From Callorhinchus milii (taxonomy: Eukaryota): 64,000 nucleotides of DNA. The stretch's first letter is position 1; each line of letters starts with the position of its first letter. The translations under genes and the position numbers were made by a program. The notes beneath the pieces were generated by a model. It was not told the DNA's origin. It worked only from the letters and a program-made list of their open reading frames with translations, and made no database searches. Shown here piece after piece: positions 23,001-35,775 of this stretch. The DNA is taken from the NCBI RefSeq assembly GCF_018977255.1, contig NW_024704742.1, positions 65,598,001 to 65,662,000 of the forward strand, read 5' to 3'.

Positions 23001-25929
23001 CCACGACAGATCAGCACCTTTACGACTGTGATGTTGCGGATGTGGTGCTGCTTATAAAAGGGTGCAGCAAATGTCGACCTGCTTTCATGATTCCTAATTC
23101 TTCACATTCCTCTCACTTTTCAAAGGCTTGGAGTAACGTCAAGAAGCCTGCGCTGTTTTATGATGGTAATTTGCATTTCATTTAGCAAATTTTTTAGGGT
23201 GAAAAATGTGATGTATGATGTGGTAGATATCACCAATCACAATCACCCCGAATGTGCAAAAGCCAAAATGATCGCTGATTCTATGAGCTAATGACAGTTT
23301 TCTTGGCAATTGATCATTATTTATTAGTAATTATTTACCTCCTTATTCATTCATTCCTTCTACATTCCTCCAAATCTAAGCTTATTGTTGTATTGTTTAG
23401 AGCAGCATGTTCCCTGGTAAAGTCCCTTTGTGGCATTTCCAAACAAGATGTGCAAAGTAATGTGGCCAGTTACACGAGTCTCAACCATTTCACTCTTAGT
23501 GCTTAAGCCATTATCAGAGGCACAAAATTCCACCCAGTCTTAGTCTTTGAAACGCGCTCTTAAAATGCATGGTATAAATTAGATCCAACTATTGCAAAAA
23601 TGATTTTAAAAAAAGTAATATTTTAATGGGGAATATAATCCACTGATTTGCCTTACCCTAAATATTATAAGGGGAATTCTCTCCAATTTGGTCAGCGTTC
23701 TTCAGTGAATCCCTTTTTTTCTTCAAAAAAGTTATTTGCACACTTCACTTGTGTCCAGATTAAAACTCATTGAGTTGTGCTTCAGCAGATCACTACCAGG
23801 GACTCTGACCACAGGGACACTAGCATATAAAAAGTGGTGTTATCTGCATTATTACAGCATGGCTGGCAAAAGCACCTCTGACAGTATTTTCTCTGTTGAT
23901 TCCCCTGTACATTGCTGACCCATCGTCTCATCAAAGCCATGATGCTCTATGTGACGTACAGGAATTTCCAGGGAGAAAACATTTACGTGGTGGGAGTTAA
24001 TGCCAGGCAATGCAGAAGTGACACAAGTTACAGATCCTGAAGAGTCCAGGTAGTTCACTTCGATTGAGCTCCGCACAGAGGAGAGATCGAATATTGGGTC
24101 TAGATTACCCCCCTCCACTACCACTATTGAAGCGCACACGAAAACGCCTACCTTTTCATAGTTAATCACTACATGTTCTGGCTAAATTCTGTCCATTGAA
24201 AGTAGAATTTAATATTGCTCACTGATAAAGGGTCTATCATTCTGGTTAGCCTAACCTGACCTTCCTGCTTGCTTGTGAGATTAGGTTCTATCCTTCTCTA
24301 TGCCAGTCGTACACATGATGAAGTCAGGAAAATCCTGGGAGGACAGCTGGGTGTCAAGACCTTGGCTCTCTCATCGGAGCCAATTTCTTGGTGGGGGATA
24401 CTCCAGGGAATGAATCAATAATAAAAACTGACACTTCCTCTGTCTCCACTAATTGGCACTTCCTAATAGCTGAGCCCAAGCTTGTTAAGTCACCACTGAT
24501 ATCACTTCCTTTGTGAAGTGACACCAACTCGCAGGAAGTGACGTTAATGGTGCTTCCTGGATATAGTGTGCAAGCGGGGTGGTGCACAAGAAATAACACT
24601 GAGGGTGACCCAACGACTCAGAAATCGGATACTTTTAGTTCAGGTCGTCTGGAAGCAAGCAGTTTATTACACTTCCAGTAACTTCAGGTCCCCAGGACTC
24701 TCATGTTAGAAATGAACATTTGTTTAGAGAGGCACTTAACAGGGTTGAACTTACTACCTGAAATAAGAGGGAACACCTTAGATATTGAGAAGTATTTTCA
24801 TCGGTCAGGATGGATGGGGAAGCACTTGAGGCTGAACAGTGTTACAAGAAGAAAATGTACAAATTCTACAAAGAAAATTAATAACTTCAAAATTTTGCTT
24901 TTTTTCAGTCTAGTGACTTAAAAGTTCCAAGTTTCTCAAATTTTCTCGAACCTGTTTCATTGCTGTTGCACTGTTGTGTGTTTATCAGTTTTGTTTGAGG
25001 TGCAAATGTTTCCGAGCTTTCTGCTTATTAAACCTATTCATCAAAGGTGGTTACAGGATTAATTTGTATTCTCGTGGCCTCTGTTTCCTGCTCCACAACA
25101 ACAACTTGCATTTGTATAGCACCTTTCATGCGGGGTAGCATCCTCGTGAATAATGAACAAGACAGAAACAGTCATGTTTTAGTAAGGGATGGTAAGGCAA
25201 ACCACCCATGTGCAAACGGTGCAGTGTTGAACTGTGCAAAGCACTAACAAAAGCCCTTTGGATCATAATGACATAGTGAAAGTGAACAGGTGCTAAATAA
25301 AACTATTTTTACAGGGAACTGTTTTAGGCAGGATATCCAGCAGTAAATTACTAGGTAATTCAATAGTAATTATATTTAACACAAAAAGATTCTCATGTGA
25401 AAAAAATGTATGTCAAGATCTGTGACCAATTTTGGATTTTGCCAGCAGGTCTACTAATGGTGTATCTCTGCAAATAGTTATACTTAATAGGAAATTATAA
25501 CCAAAGGCTTCTGGGTGAGCCTCTTATTCCTAGATTCCTGCAGTGTTTGTTCACTGTCAGTCTCCATAGTTAAAATTGCTGCTCATTATCCTGTTGAATC
25601 ACGATTTTGTGAGTGTTGTGTGTGTGTGATTTTGTGTGTGTGCGTGTTGGGGGGATGGAGTGAGGGAATGAAATATTAATTTCAGTCCTGAATTCTGTAA
25701 GTATCGATATTCAGTGACTGACAAGAGCTGTAAAATTATTTTTAAAAAATCTTTGCCACTTACCTCTCACTTGGAAATATTTAATGCAGGTTTCCCTCAT
25801 GTGCTGATATCTCCATGCTGACCTGTCTATATCATTCTGTGATGATATAAGTTGATTATTATATTATATAAGTTTAACCAGCTAAGTCTGCATAGCTTGC
25901 CATTGAGAGCACTATCTGAGCACTTCCCA

Positions 25930-26410
25930 TTGCTTGTCCAACTAGAACCCCCCCATTAGGGCTTCAGCTTGCAAGGTTAACAGGAACCGATTGGGAAAAT
26001 TCCCTGCTCAAGTCTGCTAACTCTAAGTTGTCTCATGAGTCAGGCTGGCTGTGTTATCATCAGCAGTATCCTGCAGTACCACGGACATACCCAACTCAGG
26101 AACAGGATTATTGAACCTCCACAGAGGGGTGACTCAATTAACAACATTTCATTACTAAACATGTCACCTTGAAGTCGGTTCAGCTGGATTGTGTTGGAAT
26201 GAGCCCTCACTGGATGCATAGGAAGCACCAGCCACTGTAAACTTCCTAGTGAGCACCGCAGCTCAGCACGAAACTGAGAGCATTGCCACCATCCTGCCAA
26301 TCATATAATATAACGGTGTTGTATATTAACATATGCATAATGTCTCTCTCTGGTTTGGATACTCTTAAACATGGGTCTCCACATGGGTGGGGGGAGTCAG
26401 ACCAAGCATT
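25930..26410. mobile_element. Fragments of the atypical non-LTR element in both orientations
   Basis: 26035-26300 resembles 16705-17070 (-); 26345-26410 resembles the element's 3' tail (+). Confidence 0.6.
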
Positions 26411-26667
26411 AATAAGAAATTCTGTCACTCCTTGTCTGAAGTAGACACGTGAAAAACAATTTTTGTCAATTAACCTTTCCTGGCGAATTTGAAAGTTATG
26501 TGCTCCCCTCCCCCATCTCTCTATCCTTGTGCAGTTCACTGGTTTATTGATCATATACCCAGGAACTCCCCTCTTTTCTTCCTTCAACCCATCTCAGGGT
26601 GGTCTGCTGAGGGCTGGATGCCGCATTTGAGAAATGTCCACGGGCCATATTTAGTAATGTTTTATTC

Positions 26668-26848
26668 TGATTGTCCAGACCCATTCTCTGGCAGGGCCAG
26701 AGCCCCTGGTGACAGTCTTCTGTTTGACTCGGGGCCTGCACGTTGCTGTATTTGCCAGTCAGACAACAAAATTGGGAATAGTTCGCGAGACAGATGGAAT
26801 CATCCCCCGGGCCAGATGTGGCCCACGGATTTCCAATTGGACAACCCT
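26668..26848. mobile_element. Possible decayed hAT-type MITE
   Basis: Ends TTGTCCA.. and ..TGGACAACCCT with subterminal GGGCCAGATGTGGCCC. Confidence 0.4.
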
Positions 26849-27030
26849 TCCCTGTCTGATTTGCGCTACCACCACCCCTCCCTCCCTCCCTTCCTCCCTC
26901 CAGCTCTCAACCAACTTCCTTTCCATCTTCTTTAGTATTTTCCTTCTCGCCAAAAAGCAAATACTGCAGAATGTTTAATAATGCCAGTGAACGGAGAAGA
27001 CCAAGTTGGTAACATTTAAGAGTTAACCAA

Positions 27031-27352
27031 TGGAGTCCCATAGCGTACTGGTTAGAGCACTCGCCTCACAAGTGAGAGGACCCAGGTTCAATTCCTGGGC
27101 GGGGCGAAACCTTGGGCAAGTTTCCTCCGGTTGGTAGTTGATTGGTAGATTGCTATCCGGAAGTAATAATCCCTCAAAAAAAATTGGTCATTTAATCCAC
27201 AATTGTTTGTGGGACACCACTGTGTGCAATTGGCTGCCGAGTTTCACCTACAAAATACACAGTCATTTCACTTTACAATATATTCTGTGAAGCGCTTTGA
27301 GACGTCTCAATGACTTGATAAGGTGCTATATCAAATGCAAGGATTATTATTA
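27031..27352 (+). mobile_element. SINE family A, full length
   Basis: tRNA head, Deu domain and tail. Confidence 0.85.
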
Positions 27353-28343
27353 TAACAGTCCCCAGTCCCCACTGGTGATAATTAACACATCTTGGATCGC
27401 AATTTTCACTAATCTTTTTGACACACTTTTAAATCTGTATGTTGCTCGACTCTGCAACAAACACTGTAATGTATTAATAAGAAATAACACCCTGCCATGA
27501 CAACAAAGAAGTTTGTGTGTGAAATTATTAATAACACGGCGTGGGCGAGAGGCCAGACCAGATGCCACAGAAATTCACTGGTGAGCCTGTTGGTATGCAA
27601 CTTTTCACAGTTACAGATTGTTGTTTGTGCTCATTGAAGTGAGGATGGTGATTAGAATAAAAGTGATTGCAGTTACAGTAGACAGAGTGAACTTCTCACC
27701 CTGCCCAGTTTGCTCTGAAATCTGCCCCATGCTTCAAGCTCAATCTAGCTTTCACGTCATTGCCCACCCCCAGTTTTGCTCACGTTTGGGATGAATGGTC
27801 AGGGTTTGAAGCTGCATGTCAAAACTTCGAACTCATTTAGTCTATGCAGTGTTGGGGGTGTGCTGTATTGTTGGAGGTGCAGTCCTTCGAATGAGACATT
27901 AAATCATGGCCTAGTCTGCCAGTTCAGGTGGACGTTAAAGCTCCCATGTGTATAGAGTTTCACAACTGCCCTGAATTAATCAAGAACCAATGACTGGATC
28001 GGTTAACTGTATAATCATGCACATGTGATAGACCCAACCCACCAATGGCTCTTTAACGCTCCAGCTCATAACAAGTGTTGTTCATGGAAGTGCCTCAGAT
28101 CTCTTGGCAGTCAGTGGTGCCTGTGTTTTGTTTCACCAGGTGATACGACATTGCAGAACATAATTTATTTTGGTAGATGCAGTTGAAGGAGCAGGTTGGC
28201 TCTCTCTTTGATCGGCTTAGTGCATCTGGGACGTTCACATTGTCACCTCTAACTTCTCCTCTGGTACCTAACACTTCCACTGTGGCTGATGTCCATTACA
28301 TTTCAGAGTCTGACATTGTGGAGCATTCCTCACCTAAGCAATC

Positions 28344-28640
28344 AACAACAACAACAATTTATTTGTATAGCGCCTTTCAGGTTGGGAGGATGTCCCAAGG
28401 CGCTGGACAGTCAGAGATTTGGACCTAAGCAGAGGATTGGGAGCAGGAGGGCGGGTAGGGAGAACACAGGTGCGGTCGAAGAGGAGGGTCTTGAGACGTG
28501 CCTTGAAGGAGACAAGGGAGGGAGCGAGATAAGGTACTGTGGGACGGAGTTTCAGAGGGTGGGGCAGAGAGGCTGAAGGCCCAAACACCGATGGTGGGGC
28601 AGGCCGGGCGGGGGACTTGAAGCAGGCTAGAGCGGACAGG
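28344..28640 (-). mobile_element. L2 3' end
   Basis: FKARLKTLLF motif and L2 tail. Confidence 0.8.
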
Positions 28641-29229
28641 TTGATATGGCTTTAGCAGGTCATAAAGCTAGGAAGAAGTCCTCCCAAAATTCAGCAAGTC
28701 TTATAAATAGAAAACATTTACAGTTCTTTTTCACACTTATTCAAAAAAGGTTGCAATTGTTTCCATACACAGCAAATAGTAATGAACCTTTTGTTCTTTC
28801 ACATAATGTAGAGAAGCCAATGCTATTTATGTTCAATATAAAATTTAATATAAAAAATGGCAATAATAGTATTAACAACAATTTCATTTTACTCAGGTAT
28901 GTACAAAATAGATATATTTTTGTGAAAATTTTGACTGACTAAACAGTAACGTCACCACTTCTAGCCTACATAATAATAATCCTTGCATTTGATATCGTGT
29001 CTTATCACATTGTTGACCATATTAAAAAATATATTTTATATTATTATGTATATTATATATTATTATATAGACTAACATATATTACACTTTTAAGTGTGCA
29101 ATCCCTCATCTCACACGGTGTTCTGTTTCTACTTCTCCCCTCCCACTTTGCCCAACCTTAGTCCATTCTTCCAACATTTGCTTCCCAGCCTTTTTGCCAC
29201 GTTGTTGGCTTTAGGAAATCACATATTAA

Positions 29230-29658
29230 ACAATAATCATCCTTGCATTTGATATAGAAGCCTTTCACAACAGTGGGATGCCTCAAACTGCTTCACGGTA
29301 TTTTACTGTAATGTGCAGTGACTGTATTTTGTAGGTGAACGCAGCAGCCAAGTTGTACACAGCAATGTCCCCCAAACGGTCATTAAGTGACCAATTTTGC
29401 TTTGGAGATTGTTGGCCAGGATATTGGGAGAAACTCTCTTCTGTTTACAAATAGTGTCATGGGATCTTTAACATCCACTTGAATAGGACTTCGGTTTAAC
29501 GTCTCATCCGAAGGGCGGCAACTCCAACATTGCAACACCCCCAGCACTGCATTGGAGTGTCAGCTTAGACTGTGTGGGTTCAAAGTTCCAATGTAGGGCT
29601 TGAACCCACAACTTCTGACTCAGAGGCAAGAAGAGTGCTACCAACTGAGGCTGACACA
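29230..29658 (-). mobile_element. DeuSINE family B, full length
   Basis: Head GTGTCAGCCTCAGTTGGTAGCACTC..TGAGTCAGAAGTTGTGGGTTCAAG on the minus strand. Confidence 0.85.
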
Positions 29659-31794
29659 AAATATTCTACTACTATTACAAATTTAAGTGGCTTTCGGTGG
29701 ATTATAAACCAAAGTGCTTCAAATCCCATTTCTAATGATCTCAAAGTGTCTCCGACATGCCACAAGGCTCCATGCTTTTTATGTAATAGTGTATGAAAGA
29801 TATCCATTTGAAATCGATTGCCCCCAACACTGATGTGGCAGTCTGTGACCCATTATATTTTCGGTGCTCTCCATTACCTACAGCAAGATAGAATTGGACA
29901 CAATTGGACACCAGAATTTAGCTCGTAACAAATAATCTGATTAGTTAAGCAGTATATAACACGAGAAACTTACTTAATCTTTCATTAATTTTTATTGGTA
30001 CAATATTTACATCCGTTGCTTTCATAATACAAGTAATCGTCTTTACAGCTTTACAGTTTCCCTTATAAATATGGATCAAAAGAACCACATAAATCACAGA
30101 AGACACACGTGTGTGTGTCGTTCACTATCTTACAATCACAGTAGCAACCTGCTGTTCAGCTAAAGTGCCTGTGACCCATTAACCGTGTACTCAACACATT
30201 CTGCATATGCATTGATTTTTCTTACCAACAGAGTATCAGACACATATTGACTGAACACATAAAATACCAGCGTTTAGTATGCGCAAAAGCAATATGAGGG
30301 TACATTTACTATGTCCTGACTCTTTTAGTTCTGTAAAAGGTCTACCTTCCAATCCAAAGCATTAGACAGCAATGAAGCCACCAATGACCTCTGGACGACC
30401 AAATTCTGCTGAGCAAGACGGACTGACGATCAGAGGATGCAAAAAAAATGACATAAATCCTCACAAGGCTGGTTGCAATTTGCATCTCAGTACAATCTCG
30501 GGTTGTTCACTTGCTTGAAGCATAGGGTATAATAAACGTTTTAGTTTTGTTTCACACAGTTGTGTTGTTTGTAAAGAGCTTGACACGACTGCACATAGAG
30601 CCCAATCTTAGCTCGTAAGACCGCTTTTGTCTCACAATTGAAAGGTCACACGGAAATTATAAGATTCTTAAATTCACTGTTAATTCGGAAGCCGGTTCTT
30701 TTTAAGAACTGCGGAAAACCGCCTTCTAAATTAGGACTGAATTTACGATTTTTTTTTCACACTTTGGCCTGATCTCCAAATTTTAAGACAAAATGGTCTT
30801 CCGGATAAATGCCAGGGTGAAATTTCAGGCCTTTAGATTATTGTTGAAAAGCTATGTGCAGTGTCAGCGAGATTGTCACCGTTCGCAAAGATTGAATTTT
30901 CCCAGACTGTTCCAAAGGAATTTTGACGTTTGGCTTCAATAACAACAGGCATAAGATACACCTATGGATGCTGTCAGTCTGAAATGTGTCACTAGCCACC
31001 TCAGTGCTGATCTGATCTCTGTGCCCTTCACTGATCAGCAGCTGCGAACAAGCTGTGCACGAGGTATATACTAACGTTGACTCTTGAGGCACACCGCCAA
31101 ACCCCCCTCAAATGCTTTGCGCTTTAGTTTCATAAATAAAATTCTTATTTTTGTTACTTCAAACAGGTTGCTGACATCAAAAAAAAGCCTAAGCAATATT
31201 GAGAGTGCTTTGGCCCGCGAATAAAAAGAAACTAAACTAAAAATCTGACACAGATCTCTAGTTCTAGGAAAAGAACATTTGGCAGAACGTGACTTAATTT
31301 GTACAATTTTGACAAAGTGCCTTCCAAACATGTATAAACCATTCATTAAAGAGACAGCATCTTATTGGCATACAAACTTGGATTACTAAAACAATCAAGA
31401 GTACATGTGCTAATTTTTTGTTAAAAAATAAAATTCAGAATCTACTTTTTTTAGAAAGAGAAAAATTAAACAACAAGCCAAGAAGCTTTCCTAATCTGTC
31501 ATCTCCACTACCAGGAACCTCCGGTAAAGAGAGAGTAGGAGCCCACGTTGGCTCCTGTACCATCAATGGTTCATGGCTGTGCAGTTTGCAGTTTGACGGG
31601 TGTGACAGCATCGAAAGCAAGTGGGTGATCTGGGTCACCTGAGGCCCAAGAATTCTCCAGCCTTAAGACCATCATCTTAATATCTAAAACGGAGCACAAT
31701 TTTAGGCAATTCTCAAGTTTGATCTTCACTTGGAAGCTTTTGTGCAATTCTTAAAAAACCCATGTCCAAATTAAGAATGGTACATAAAAAGGAA

Positions 31795-31918
31795 ACATTT
31801 ACAGGGCTATGGAGTACGAGCAGGGGAGTGGGACTACTTGGTAGCTCTTTCAAAGAGCCAGAACAGGTACGATGGGCCAAATAGCCTCCTTCTGTGCTTT
31901 AAGATTGTATGATTCTAT
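31795..31918 (+). mobile_element. CR1-type LINE 3' tail
   Basis: GGGCTATGG..GCAGGGGAGTGGGAC..GATGGGCCAAATAGCCTCCTTCTGTGC..ATGATTCTA. Confidence 0.7.
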
Positions 31919-34900
31919 ATAACAATCCTCCAAAATTCAGGGTAATCTTCAGATTTTTAAGACAATGGTACATGGTTAAGAGAAATGTTGGGTGTCTGCT
32001 CCACAGATAGGGATGTCCATATCACTCACCAGATTAGAACTTGCAGACTCAAAAGGATGAAATATCTGTAGCTTTGAATTCCACTGGGACTTAATCCACA
32101 ACCCCAAGAGTTAGGAAATCAAGCTACTTCGTTGTTCCATTATCGATTATCAACCAAACATTTACCTTAGCTTCTCATACAAGGACGGCAGCAACAATTC
32201 TTCACTTTAACACAAAAGTAATCTTGCAACAGAACAAAAAAACGCTTATACTGCTTTTCTTCTACATATCAGACAATATTAAAAAGAACATTCATACATC
32301 ATCTAAAATTAAGACGCTGGAAACACACTGACATTTTCCAGACCAAACTTCACATTTGCCTTGGGTTGTCCCATCCATTCATTACACAGTTACCCTAAAC
32401 CAGCTGCTGGGAATGGCCAGGTCTTTACAGGATAGATTCTCATCTTCTGCAAATCTGAACATACATAAGCATCATATGCAGTGATTGTAGGTAGCTCCAC
32501 AAATGGATAATCTCTCTCTTAACATGTTGTCACCACCGAGGCACTGCAAAATAAACATTGAGACCACGGCAAAGGCTATAATCAAAATCTCTGGGCAAAT
32601 TTCAAATTACTGTGCAAAGCAAGGAATCACATTCATCATTAAAGGATTGGGCCTATAATAATAATCCTTGCATTTGATATAGCGCCTTATCATCTCATTG
32701 AGACATCTATATACTGTATATACTGTAAAGTGTAGTAACTGTGTATTTTGTGGGCAAAACTACTATACAGTAGTTTGGAAAGTTTTTGTTAATTCAGCCA
32801 AGAATTGTTCTCCAGTTTTTTATCAATACTGAAAAGGTTAAGAATTTGGGCTTTTGGAATTGATTTGCGGATAACATAGAGAAAGGCCTGAATTCCTCAC
32901 GCCTTTACCTTCAAGGCCACTCAATTTACTAAATCTTGAGATTCTGCAGAATTTTGGAAGATTTTTTTAAAATCCAGTCTTGATTTGGAACCAATCTTGC
33001 ATGAAATTGCAGAAAAAACAGCTTCCGAATTGAGGCTGAATTGCTTGAAGATTTTTTTGGAGGGGGTGGGGCGAGGGGTGTTCCAGATTAAGAGATCTGC
33101 AAATTCAATAAACAGTCATTATTTAAGGATTTGGTGGAGGTCCCCATGTTCCCTTTGCTGTCAGGATAATGGGGAAAAAGCAGGAAAACCTCTTTCGTGA
33201 CAATTATCTTCCAGATAAAAAAAAGTTGAAGCAAATGTTTTTTTCGCTAAATTTGTTTTCCATGTTTGACAGCAACCCAAAATATTCTTTGATTTTTGAG
33301 AAACGGGTATTTCTTTTTGTTTGTTTGTTGTTTTTTACAGTATTAGTTCCACAAGTTACTGCTTAAATTGTTACTGTTTAAAGAGGAAAAATGTTAAAAT
33401 TGCAGGAGTTATTCTTTTTGTTTGGCTTGCAATAATGTCTTTCACCTGAGAAGTCCAGGGTGAGACAATGTCACGCTGTATTAGCAGAGAATTACATATA
33501 GTAGGCAAGATAGGTGGTCTCTGTTGATTTGTCCTCTCGCCTTGGCCACTCAATCTAAGAGCCAGAGGTGGAACACTCCCAGAGGGTAGCTAAGCTTCAG
33601 AAATAGTTGTGGCATTTAAACTTCACCTCGTCTTTTGTCAAAATTGAAGACCGTACAGAATAGTGGAACATTCTCAAACTCAGTCTTGATTAATTCTAAA
33701 TTCAAAATCTTTGCACGATTGCACCAGTCTTAAATTTAAATGGAAAATGATATTTTAGACTAAAACTAGATGGAACTATGGACCTTCTGACTGAGTCCAT
33801 ATCTCCACTTATAAAGAGCTGCTAGGCACTCACCCTCTCATACACCCCTTGAAATTAAAATATTTTAAAATAATTTTAAAATCAAATAGCCAATAGATTT
33901 AAATGTTGCTGTCATACAGTCAATAAAATTATCAATGTTCTTACATTGATTCAAGTATCCAGGTGTACTAATAACATGGAAAACCTTTATATGCATACAC
34001 TGCTTAAGTCAATATCTGTAGTTCCAAATACAAAATGCACAGTCCTATAAGAGCACTCGGGTTTCAATGTTGAATAGCCACTTCAATATCAACCAGTTAT
34101 CACAAAATTGTTATTAATGCAAATATTTGTAACATTGTTCATCGTTGTATTTCTCGAGACCAATTATTGCTGAATTAAATGGTTAAGGCTTAAAGGGATA
34201 ACACATCATTTAATAGCTTGGGAGCTTAAATAACACTGTTGAGAAAATCACATGGGCTTCCATATCTGTGAACCTGCATAATTTGGCATACTGGGCAGGA
34301 CAGTGGAGATTGTGGTTGTGGAGGCAGCTTAAATCTCTCAATTGCAATAGGGAGGGGATTGCCACATTGGAGGCTGCAGAGACTTGGAGCTCTCAACTTT
34401 CGTGGGACTGAGGAGATTTGAGATGGCCGTCTGTGTAAAGGGAAACCAGGTTGCGGTGACAGCTCAGGTCTCTGAACTGTACAGGAGATCCAGGAGTGGA
34501 AGCCGATTCGATCCTGGCCAACTCCTGTTTTATCTCGGGAAATCCAATACAACTCAGGTCATGAATTAAGCACCATTAAAGTCACTTTTTTTTAAACTGA
34601 TTTTCACCATTAAATGCCCCTTTTTTGTGCAAGTCATTGATTGAGGAAGAATCCATATCAACTTTCCAAAAGGGAACTCGATAAATGCCTAAAATGGAAT
34701 CAACTACAGCTATGGGGAAAGGGCAAGTAAATAATAATAATCCTTCCATTTGATATGGTGCCTTACCGTGTTGTTGAGATGCCTCAAAGCGCTTATTGAA
34801 TTGCAAAGTGGATTCACTGTGTATTTTGGGGGCAAAATGAAAATGGAACTGAAAGGATAGCTCATTAAAAGAGGCAGCACAGACATCAAGACTTCTGTGC

Positions 34901-35493
34901 AAGAAATTTCTATGATTAAAAAAAAATTCTCTCCTGAATTTCATGTAGAGAAATAAGAACTGTTTGGAGTGATGTGTATCAGTTTCCAGGGATGTGTGGC
35001 ACCACATTACCAGTTGAGTCCAGTTGAGTACGTGCAATTTACAACTTGCAAAGTTACCAAACATCTCTAGTAACCTTGTGCATATGTGCATAGCTGGATC
35101 TTTTGCTAGAACCAGAAGTAAGATCTTTATACTTTTATAGTTAGAGACAGAGATAAAGTCTCAGGAAGAGGTAAAAAATTGGAGGGAGAGGCGACAGAGA
35201 TTAAGAGCCGTGTGATACTATAGTGACAATATAGCTCCTGATGGAACAAGGTTTTAGTTAGTTAGACAATTTGTATTTCGTGCAATGTCCAATTATCCGC
35301 ATTGTTTGCTTATCCACACTGGGACCCAAACCCAATCAGTGTGGTGAATGAATAAAGTAACTGTTTGGTTAGTATCCATCTTATTTTGAGGTTTTCTGAT
35401 GTTGTGAAATAAATCCTTATTTTCGCCCAATTTTACCCATTTATTTGGAAAAAAATGACTTTAATGGTCCTATCCTAAGTATTTTGAATATCC

Positions 35494-35775
35494 ATTTCTC
35501 CTGTGTGCTGAGCTATGACTCCACATGTGCCTTTAGCCCAGCTGGGAATCTCAGTAGGCTTATTTCAACTGCAGTGGGTGGGTGTGGGAAGGGAATGTTA
35601 CAGCTGAGCCCGATTCTGTCCTCACATGACAATGACACACCTTAACGGTCCGGCCAGTGAACCGCAAACAGGAGCAGGAATCCTGGCTGCATTTCGTCTC
35701 AACCCTCCCCAGCTCAGAAACACTGGGGTTGATTTCAGTGCACCACTGCTGCCCAATGTAACTCAATGTAAGTGC
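35494..35775 (-). mobile_element. Old AmnSINE2-like SINE remnant
   Basis: Minus strand CAGCCAGGATTCCTGCTCCTG..GTGAGGACAGAATCGGGCTCAGCTGT resembles the AmnSINE2 consensus as recalled; related to 52935-53095. Confidence 0.55.

Noticed and set aside
23852..24599. Two minus-strand ORFs (105 and 81 aa) downstream of POLN
   Set aside because: Non-ATG starts, no recognisable domain and no coherent splice pattern
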